Positions 56,409 to 64,000 of a stretch of DNA of 64,000 nucleotides are shown in pieces. This DNA is from Bacilli bacterium (lineage in GTDB: Bacteria > Bacillota_I > Bacilli_A > ML615J-28 > CAG-698). The DNA lies in assembly GCA_050953065.1 (NCBI GenBank), contig JBMNLZ010000003.1, positions 480,001 through 544,000 of the forward strand, written 5' to 3'. Every line of letters starts with the position of its first letter. Within the stretch, counting starts at the first letter, position 1. The position numbers were made by a program, and so were the translations under genes. The notes below the pieces were generated by a model that was given only the letters and a program-made list of their open reading frames with translations, was not told the DNA's origin and did not search any database.

Positions 56409-59400
56409 CTATCTAGGAGCTACAATTAAAATTGCATTCCCATTAGTTCTTAATGTATTAGTATTAGTATCAGCATTATAGTTAGGACTATTAGTAACTG
56501 TGAAAGCAGATGCATTTCCATATGCAGTTCCAGTTCTAATAATCATAGTAGAACTTCCTCCACCATCTAAGTTATAAGCTTCAATACATCTATAATATGC
56601 CATCATAGCTTGCATTTCTTCAACTCTCATACCATACATTTGATAGCCATCTCTTGTTTGTCTACCATCAACAACAACCATTACAATAGTACCATCAGCT
56701 TTTTTACCAATTACAGTTCTTGGGTGACGGACACTAAACAAACTGTCTGCTTCAAGTCCCGTAACAATTGCATTATTGTTAATAAATGCATGTCTACAAC
56801 CAGTTGCACTCTTAACATTAGCCATTGCACCTGTGTATTCCCATTGTACTCTAGCAGTATTGCCAACTGCTAATAAATTATTTAAAGTTGCATTATTACT
56901 TACAATTCCAAATTGACCTTTATCTAAAGTAGCTGAAGTTGGAATTGAAGTAACACTACCTTTACCATAAAATTCAACTGAACTATTAGCTAAAACTGCT
57001 TGATTAGTTCCTGCTGCAACAACATATAGTTTTGCAGATCCTGCACTAACTGCTTTTGGATTAAATGTAGTCTTATCACTCCATGTACCAAAGAAGACAC
57101 TAATTGCTCCAGCTGCAGGTGCAGAGTTTCTTCCTGTAACATCAAACTTTTGAGTACCAACTGTTAGAACCATCTTTCTATCTGGTGTTCCACCACCAGC
57201 TATCATATTATTTATAGTACCATCATTAGTAAATCCTATTGTTACTATATTACCAGCACTCTTATAGAATTCACCATCAGAAACTGTCGCACCCATTGTT
57301 TGATATGGAGGTGCACCAGTACCACCTAAATCAAAGAAGTCAGCATTAATTCCCGCAATTACTTTCCAGCCTGGATTTTTATTTTCATAATCAACAGCTG
57401 AACTTGTTAGTGTTGCAAGTTGCCAGCCATATTTATTTGGAGTTGCTCTCCATACTACAATTTTTTTAGTTGTTGCTTTATCTACGTGTAAAACATTTAC
57501 TTGTTGAGTAACTGGAGTTGCTTGTGCACTAGTCCACTTAGTTGTTGCTTTATACTTACCTTGAGTAACTCCATATCCTACACTCTTAGTAGAAAGTGTA
57601 GCTGTAACCGTATAAGTTCCAGGAGTAGTTATCGGAGGAGTATCAGTTCCAATTGTTAAAGTAATTGTTCCAGATCCTTTTGAAGGATGAGTTGCAGTAA
57701 TTGTTGCACTTCCTGCTTTTGAAGCAGTAATTGTTCCATACGTTGAAACTGTAGCAACACTTGAATCACTTGTTGTAAATGTACATTCAGTTCTAGAAAC
57801 ACTTGTTCCACCTGAATCTTTTACAAAAATTTGATACCCAGCTCCACCTACTGGAATAGTTCCAGATGGATCTTGAGTTAAAGTAAGTGAACCTGTTGGA
57901 GGAGGCGTAGTCCCACCACCAATTGTTAAAACAATTGAACCTGTTCCTTTTGTTGCGTGAGTTACATTGATTGTTACTGTACCAGCTTTTAAAGCTGAGA
58001 TTGTTCCATATTGACTAACTGTTGCAATTGTAGCATCACTTGGTGTAAATGTACATTCAAGACGAGAAACACTTGCACCACCTGAATCTGTAATATATAA
58101 TTGATAACCTGTTGCACCAACCTCAATTGCCCCAGTTGGACTTTGAGAAACACTTAAAGTACCACTAGGAGCCGCAGTAACTGTTACTGCACATGTTGCT
58201 TTTACTGATGTGTTAGCAACTGAAGTTGCTGTAATTGTTGCACTACCTGCTGCAACACCTGTTACAACACCACTTGAAGATACCGTTGCAACACTCGTTG
58301 CACTACTTGACCAAGTTACACTTGTATTACTTGCATTTGTTACTGTTGCTGTTAATGTCTTTGTTGTCCCAGCAACAAGTGATAAAGTTGTATCTGAAAT
58401 ATTTATAGTTGGTAAAGCAGGAGCTGAAACTGTCACACTTGCTTGAGCTTGAATACTATTGTTTCCATTTAGTTTTGCAATAATGTTTGCACTACCTTGA
58501 GCTACTGCTGTAACTTTTCCATTACTATCTACTGTTGCAACACTTGTATTACTACTGCTCCATGAAACTGATTTATCAGTTAAAGATGCTGCTACTACTG
58601 TTGCTGTAATTGTTGCAGTGCCTCCTACTGTTAAATTAAGTGCAGTTGGATTTAACGTAACACTCATTTGATCAGTTACTTGAATTTGATGAGTTCCTTT
58701 AATGCTTCCTGAAACAATTGAAGTTGCTGTGATTGTTGCAGTGCCTACTTTCATTCCAGTTACTCTACCATTTGCATCTATGGTTGCAACTGTAGAATCA
58801 CTAGAAGTCCATGTAACTGCACTACTTGCTCCAACTGGATAAGCTGCTGCAGTTAAGATTATATTTTGTCCATAACTAACTGTTGATGCTCCACTAATTG
58901 TAATTCCTGCTGGAAGCGGAATTACTGTTACATTAAAAATAGCTTTTTTATCAGGATCTCCAACAAGTGATGCTGTAATTTGAACAGATCCACCAGCAAC
59001 ACCCATCACCCAACCATTAGCATCAACTGTAGCAATGCTAGTGTTACTTGATGAAAAAGTAAAAGTTGCAGGTTCGCTAGCTGGAGTATAAGTTACATTT
59101 AATTTTGCTTTATTTCCAACTAATACTTCATTAGCACCAGAGAGAGTAATTGAAGTAATTGGGCTAGCTGAAGTTTCAGCTTCTTTTACAAGCAAAGTAA
59201 ATGTTCCATATACTTCTAAATTATCTGCTAAAACTACAGTAATAGTAACAACACCAGTTGATATTCCTGTTACAATTCCAAATTCATTAACTGTAGCTTT
59301 TGTATCATCATCACTTGACCATACAAGAGCACCTGTAATACTACCTTTATCAGGACTAACAGTTAATACAATTGAATCACTTGTATTAACAAAATTGCTT

Positions 59401-60038
59401 CCACTAATAATTAATGATGTTGGTAGAATTGTAACTACAGTTCCAGCTCTAACCGTTACATCAATAATTACTGAAACGCCATTAACAATAGCAATTATTT
59501 TTGCATTACCTGCAGCAACGCCAGTAATTATACCATTAGTATCTACTGTAACAACACTTGTATTATTCGATAACCAATTAACAGCACCAGTATATAAGTT
59601 ACTGCCTTTTAAAACTTGCAATGCTAACATTTCACCAACTTCAATACTTACATTACCATTTGCGATTGAATAATTATCTAATACCGGTTGTTCATCTGGC
59701 TTGTTATTATCTGTCTCATCTGGTAGTGGATCTATTACAGTAACATTAACAATTGCAGTAACTTGCGTTCCAATTACCACAATTGTTAGATTAGCATTAC
59801 CAACACTAACCCCTTGAACTATTCCATTTGAAACTGTAAAGACATTTGTATTGCCAGAAATATATTGCACTCCCTTAGTTGCTCCAGTGATTGTTGGATT
59901 GATAGATACAAAATCTCCAACCTCAACTTCAATTGCAGCATCCTTAATTGTAATTGTTGCTTCAATTGATTCAGTTTGCAAACATCCAACTAAAACAAAA
60001 GCAAACATACAAACAAATAATAACATTATTTTTCTCAT
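56409..60038 (-). CDS. Ig-like repeat lipoprotein with C-terminal NAGPA phosphodiester glycosidase
   Basis: LVGC lipobox, Big_2 repeats, GINADFF, RHPRTVIG and AYNLDGGGSSTM motifs. Confidence 0.9.
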   Translation of the reverse strand: MRKIMLLFVCMFAFVLVGCLQTESIEATITIKDAAIEVEVGDFVSINPTITGATKGVQYISGNTNVFTVSNGIVQGVSVGNANLTIVVIGTQVTAIVNVTVIDPLPDETDNNKPDEQPVLDNYSIANGNVSIEVGEMLALQVLKGSNLYTGAVNWLSNNTSVVTVDTNGIITGVAAGNAKIIAIVNGVSVIIDVTVRAGTVVTILPTSLIISGSNFVNTSDSIVLTVSPDKGSITGALVWSSDDDTKATVNEFGIVTGISTGVVTITVVLADNLEVYGTFTLLVKEAETSASPITSITLSGANEVLVGNKAKLNVTYTPASEPATFTFSSSNTSIATVDANGWVMGVAGGSVQITASLVGDPDKKAIFNVTVIPLPAGITISGASTVSYGQNIILTAAAYPVGASSAVTWTSSDSTVATIDANGRVTGMKVGTATITATSIVSGSIKGTHQIQVTDQMSVTLNPTALNLTVGGTATITATVVAASLTDKSVSWSSSNTSVATVDSNGKVTAVAQGSANIIAKLNGNNSIQAQASVTVSAPALPTINISDTTLSLVAGTTKTLTATVTNASNTSVTWSSSATSVATVSSSGVVTGVAAGSATITATSVANTSVKATCAVTVTAAPSGTLSVSQSPTGAIEVGATGYQLYITDSGGASVSRLECTFTPSDATIATVSQYGTISALKAGTVTINVTHATKGTGSIVLTIGGGTTPPPTGSLTLTQDPSGTIPVGGAGYQIFVKDSGGTSVSRTECTFTTSDSSVATVSTYGTITASKAGSATITATHPSKGSGTITLTIGTDTPPITTPGTYTVTATLSTKSVGYGVTQGKYKATTKWTSAQATPVTQQVNVLHVDKATTKKIVVWRATPNKYGWQLATLTSSAVDYENKNPGWKVIAGINADFFDLGGTGAPPYQTMGATVSDGEFYKSAGNIVTIGFTNDGTINNMIAGGGTPDRKMVLTVGTQKFDVTGRNSAPAAGAISVFFGTWSDKTTFNPKAVSAGSAKLYVVAAGTNQAVLANSSVEFYGKGSVTSIPTSATLDKGQFGIVSNNATLNNLLAVGNTARVQWEYTGAMANVKSATGCRHAFINNNAIVTGLEADSLFSVRHPRTVIGKKADGTIVMVVVDGRQTRDGYQMYGMRVEEMQAMMAYYRCIEAYNLDGGGSSTMIIRTGTAYGNASAFTVTNSPNYNADTNTNTLRTNGNAILIVAPR

Positions 60039-60209
60039 ACTTTTTCTCCTTTTTTAAAAATCAAACAAAACTTCTCATTATACTAAACTTATTATACTAT
60101 AACATTCTATTAAAATCTATGTTTTTAAATAAAAAGTACCTTAAAAAGTTTTTTCTTAAGGTACTTTTAACTAGTATAAACATTTTATTAGTCTTCAAAC
60201 ATTAAATTT

Positions 60210-63149
60210 TTATGCATATTTTTTAACAACAGTTGATCCACTATGATATAAATAATCAGTTGTTATCATATCAATTCCATATCCAATTTGAGTAACTGCA
60301 GTTGCCGCAGTATTCAAAGTATATGAATTAACCTTTAATCCTTTGTTATGAAATTCTGTAACCATTGCTTGAGTTAATGCCCCATATGCGATATCAAGTG
60401 AAATGTTTTTTGATAAAGCCCAAGATTTATATGAATTATAACTATCTGTAGACCCACACAACCATTGTAATGTAGCGTCACTATAACTTGCTCTAATAGC
60501 ATCTAATACTGCTCTCATTGAAGTCATAAAAACAGTGTTTTGATACCAACCCTTACTCTTAACAAATTCAACCAAAGCACCTGTCTTACTTGTATCGTTA
60601 GTGTTAAGTCCTGTTGTCCATTTAATTTCAATAACTGCAATAACTTTATGTTGTTTACATAAATCTAGGTAATCACCCAAACTCATTATCTTACCAGTGT
60701 ATGTTCCTGCAGGAGGATAAGATGTTGATCTTGTTTGAGTAACTGTCATTGCTTGAAGTTGGGCTAGTGTTTTTGATTCTGGAGTTGACTCACTTTTTGG
60801 TTCTGTTAACACTCTTTCTCCACTTGAATCATTCAAATAAGAATTATGGAAAATAACAAATTGATTATCTTTTGTTACTCTAATGTCACATTCTAAAGCT
60901 TTATATCCTCTAGCAATTCCTTCTAAGAAAGCTTCTCTAGTATTTGAGACAAATGGTCCGTTACATCCACGATGTCCTACCCAAGTAAATGATGGATTAA
61001 CCAATTCCCCAGGAGGAGTTGAGCCACCTCCACTAGTAATTGTTAGAGTAATTGTTCCAGCACCCTTTGTTGCGTGAGTTACATTAATTGTTACTGTACC
61101 AGCTTTTAAAGCTGAGATTGTTCCATATTGACTAACTGTTGCAATTGTAGCATCACTTGGTGTAAATGTACATTCAAGACGAGAAACATTTGTGCCACTT
61201 GAATCTTTTACATATAGTTGATAGCCACTTGCTCCTACTTGAATTGTTGCGCTTGGGTCAGCTGTTACAGTTAAACCTGTAGTAGGTGGTGCAGTTACTG
61301 TTACTGCACATGTTGCTTTTACTGATGTATCGGCAACTGAAGTTGCTGTAATTGTTGCTGTTCCTGCTTTAACTGCTGTAACCTTTCCATTACTATCTAC
61401 TGTTGCAATACTTGTTGCACTACTTGACCAAGTTACTGAAGTATTACTAGTATTACCTACTGTTGCAGTTAAAGTCTTTGTATCACCTACAACTAACGAT
61501 AATGTATTATTTGAAAGGCTAATCGTCGGCAAACTAGGAGCGGTAACTGTCACACTTGCTTGAGCTTGAATACTATTATTTGCATTAAGCTTTGCAATAA
61601 TGTTTGCTGATCCAGCTGCTACTGCTGTTACTTTTCCATTACTGTCTACTGTTGCAACACTTGTATTACTACTGCTCCATGAAACTGACTTATCAGTTAG
61701 GGATGCTGCTACTACTGTTGCTGTTAATGTTTGATTAGATCCAGCCACTAGATTTAATGAAGTAGGATTTAAAGTAATACTCATTTGATCAGTTACTGTT
61801 ACCTGATGAGTTGCTTTAATGCTTGCACTTACTATTGAAGTTGCTGTGATTGTTGCAGTACCTACTTTCATTCCAGTTACTCTACCATTTACATCTATGG
61901 TTACAACTGTAGAATCACTTGAAGTCCACGTAACTATGTTTGTTGCTCCTGTTGGAATTGCTGTTGCTGTTAGAATTATATTTTGTCCATAACTAACTGT
62001 TGATGCTCCACTAATTGTAATTCCTGTTGGAAGAGGAATTACAGTTACGGTAAAGTTTGCTTTCTTTTCAGGATCTCCAACAAGTGATGCTGTAATTTGA
62101 ACAACACCTCCAGAAACTCCTGTTACCCAGCCTGCTGCATCTACTATTGCAACACTAGTGTTGCTTGAAGCATAAGTAAACGTTGCAGGTTCATTAGCTG
62201 GAGTATATGTTACATTTAATTTAATTTTATTTCCCTGTAATACTTCATTAGCTCCAGAAAGATTAATTGAAGTAATTGGACTGGCTGAAGTTTCAGATTC
62301 TTTTACGACTAAAGTAAATGTATTTGAAACAGATGTATCATCTGTTAGAGTTGCTGTGATTGTTACAATTCCTGTTGCAACACCTGTTACAATTCCAAAT
62401 TCATTTACTGTTGCTTTTGAATTATCACTACTTGTCCAAGTAATGCCTGTTATATTTCCTTGATTTGGAGTTACAGTTAAAATAACTGAATCACTAACAT
62501 TAACAAAACTACTTCCGTTAATTATAAGTGATGTTGGTTTAACTACTACCGCCCCATCTGTTCTTACGTTAACAACGATTGTTGCTGTTTGATTATCAAT
62601 AATTACAATAATTGTTGTTGTCCCTGCTTGATTAGCAGTCAGGATTCCATTAGCATCAATTGATGCAACCTCACTATTTTGACTCATCCAAATAATATCA
62701 TCATTTAAATAAGTTGAATCACCATAATTTGCTCTAAAGATTTCACTTTCTCCAACCTTTAGGTTTTGATTTCCAATTATAGTAATTTCTTTTACTTCTG
62801 TCTCTACATCTTCTTCATCAATAGAAGATGTAGCTTCAACTACCTTGATTGCTATGTTTGCTTTTGCTTCAATATTTGAAGGTGTCTCTTTAGCCTCAAT
62901 TGTTAGAAAAGCCAATCCTACACTAACTCCATAAATTATTCCATCTTCAACCGTAAAGATGTCTTCATCAGAAGTAATAAATTCAAAAGGTCCTGTATGG
63001 TTACTATCAAATTCAACCCTAACAAAATCTCCAACTTCTAATTCAATCATAGCTTTTTCAGGTGCAATCTTAATTATAACAGGCCCTAAACAGCCCGTTA
63101 ATATAAATGCTAATATTATTGCGATTATTAATGTTTTAATTTTTTTCAT
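60210..63149 (-). CDS. Ig-like repeat lipoprotein with C-terminal glycerophosphodiester phosphodiesterase (GDPD)
   Basis: LTGC lipobox, VGHRG..NTREAF, LECDIRVTKD..IFHN, IEIK and GIDMITTD motifs. Confidence 0.9.
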   Translation of the reverse strand: MKKIKTLIIAIILAFILTGCLGPVIIKIAPEKAMIELEVGDFVRVEFDSNHTGPFEFITSDEDIFTVEDGIIYGVSVGLAFLTIEAKETPSNIEAKANIAIKVVEATSSIDEEDVETEVKEITIIGNQNLKVGESEIFRANYGDSTYLNDDIIWMSQNSEVASIDANGILTANQAGTTTIIVIIDNQTATIVVNVRTDGAVVVKPTSLIINGSSFVNVSDSVILTVTPNQGNITGITWTSSDNSKATVNEFGIVTGVATGIVTITATLTDDTSVSNTFTLVVKESETSASPITSINLSGANEVLQGNKIKLNVTYTPANEPATFTYASSNTSVAIVDAAGWVTGVSGGVVQITASLVGDPEKKANFTVTVIPLPTGITISGASTVSYGQNIILTATAIPTGATNIVTWTSSDSTVVTIDVNGRVTGMKVGTATITATSIVSASIKATHQVTVTDQMSITLNPTSLNLVAGSNQTLTATVVAASLTDKSVSWSSSNTSVATVDSNGKVTAVAAGSANIIAKLNANNSIQAQASVTVTAPSLPTISLSNNTLSLVVGDTKTLTATVGNTSNTSVTWSSSATSIATVDSNGKVTAVKAGTATITATSVADTSVKATCAVTVTAPPTTGLTVTADPSATIQVGASGYQLYVKDSSGTNVSRLECTFTPSDATIATVSQYGTISALKAGTVTINVTHATKGAGTITLTITSGGGSTPPGELVNPSFTWVGHRGCNGPFVSNTREAFLEGIARGYKALECDIRVTKDNQFVIFHNSYLNDSSGERVLTEPKSESTPESKTLAQLQAMTVTQTRSTSYPPAGTYTGKIMSLGDYLDLCKQHKVIAVIEIKWTTGLNTNDTSKTGALVEFVKSKGWYQNTVFMTSMRAVLDAIRASYSDATLQWLCGSTDSYNSYKSWALSKNISLDIAYGALTQAMVTEFHNKGLKVNSYTLNTAATAVTQIGYGIDMITTDYLYHSGSTVVKKYA

Positions 63150-63225
63150 TAAATCACTCCTTAATTTGTTAAAAGCTTTTTACATCTATATTATACCTAT
63201 AAATATTTGTTTAGTCTAATATATT

Positions 63226-64000
63226 TTAAACGTCTTCAGTTTCCATTAATTTTATCTTAGACTTTTTCTTTTTATTATATAAAAACGCACAAACAAAAGT
63301 TGCAATCGGAACAATTGAAATTAAAACCAAACATCCAATTAAAGCTTGAACAATTTCAATCACAATCTCTTCTCTTAAAAGTAAAATCTCCGTATCAACA
63401 AAACTCATCATAAAAACAATAAAAGCTAAACTAGACCCAGCATAAGCTAAAATCAAAGTACTAGACATAGTCCCTATCATATCACGCCCTACTACTCCAC
63501 CTGACTTAATTGTTTGTTTAAAGGAAGGGTGCATAGATTCATCACTAATTTCTTTCAAAGCAGAACACATTGAAATCCCCATATCCATAACTGCTCCAAG
63601 CGTTCCAATTGTAATTGCTCCAAACAATAAAGCTCTCATATCAATTGGAGTATCCAAAATTATCCCTCTACTAAAAATACGGTACTCCTCAACTGTAGTA
63701 TTCCCCGACAAACTTAAAATGCTTCTTAAAATTATCGTTAGTATTGCACCAAGCAAAACACCAACAAAACAAGAGATAATTGAAGCAAGTCCTTTTTTAT
63801 TAACACCAACTATTAAAAGAGTTGTTACAAGTATTGTATATATACAAATTATAATCGTCCATAAATAAATATTTCTTCCTGATATAATAGCAGGAATATA
63901 CACAACAAAAACTCCAATAAAAGTAAGTGCTACTGCAAAAGCAGACATCAAACCTTTATACTTACCATAAATTATTAAAAAAAGTAAAAAAACAATTGCT
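63226..64000 (-). CDS. YibE/F family membrane protein, 5' end outside the window
   Basis: IGTLGAVMD..S and VGRDMIGTMSSTLILAYAG motifs. Confidence 0.85.
   Translation of the reverse strand, partial: AIVFLLFLIIYGKYKGLMSAFAVALTFIGVFVVYIPAIISGRNIYLWTIIICIYTILVTTLLIVGVNKKGLASIISCFVGVLLGAILTIILRSILSLSGNTTVEEYRIFSRGIILDTPIDMRALLFGAITIGTLGAVMDMGISMCSALKEISDESMHPSFKQTIKSGGVVGRDMIGTMSSTLILAYAGSSLAFIVFMMSFVDTEILLLREEIVIEIVQALIGCLVLISIVPIATFVCAFLYNKKKKSKIKLMETEDV

Noticed and set aside
263-63219. Short plus-strand ORFs in the track (e.g. 263-451, 3266-3526, 11173-11499, 26732-27043, 41472-41873, 59395-59673) and the minus-strand 52187-52387
   Set aside because: They are antisense or out-of-frame shadows of well-supported genes, with no recognisable motifs.
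1-64000. Genome-wide genetic code 4 (UGA=Trp)
   Set aside because: Long genes are open under code 11 with TGG Trp codons, and TGA acts as a stop in an ATGA overlap at 1749-1752. Only one suspicious in-frame TGA was seen.
1-64000. tRNA, rRNA, IS transposase, integrase or reverse transcriptase genes
   Set aside because: No supporting sequence or motifs were seen.

Overview
Very AT-rich bacterial chromosome segment, most likely from a low-GC Bacilli/Mollicutes-type organism (Acholeplasma/Izemoplasma-like; this placement is inference). It uses the standard code 11: TGA serves as a stop, for example in an ATGA overlap at 1749-1752. Nearly all genes lie on the minus strand. The core is a complete type III-A CRISPR-Cas locus (csm6-cas10-csm2-csm3-csm4-csm5, a Cys-rich Cas6-like gene, cas6, cas1, cas2). 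It has a 51-repeat/50-spacer array transcribed from the minus strand and a divergent WYL-domain gene resembling the Cas13d accessory WYL1 family. Flanking defence-like genes are an AbiEi/AbiEii pair, two AAA_14-DUF4143 ATPases each preceded by 3x23-bp tandem repeats, an orphan RuvB-like ATPase behind a nuclease-fold protein, and an Mrr-HRDC/receiver/histidine-kinase-like triplet. The rest is dominated by lipoproteins: Ig-like (Big_2) stalk proteins with swapped heads (NAGPA, GDPD, DUF4353), BspA-type LRR proteins, tandem DUF885 proteins and an ECF sigma module. All family assignments come from motif recognition by eye; no database search was run.
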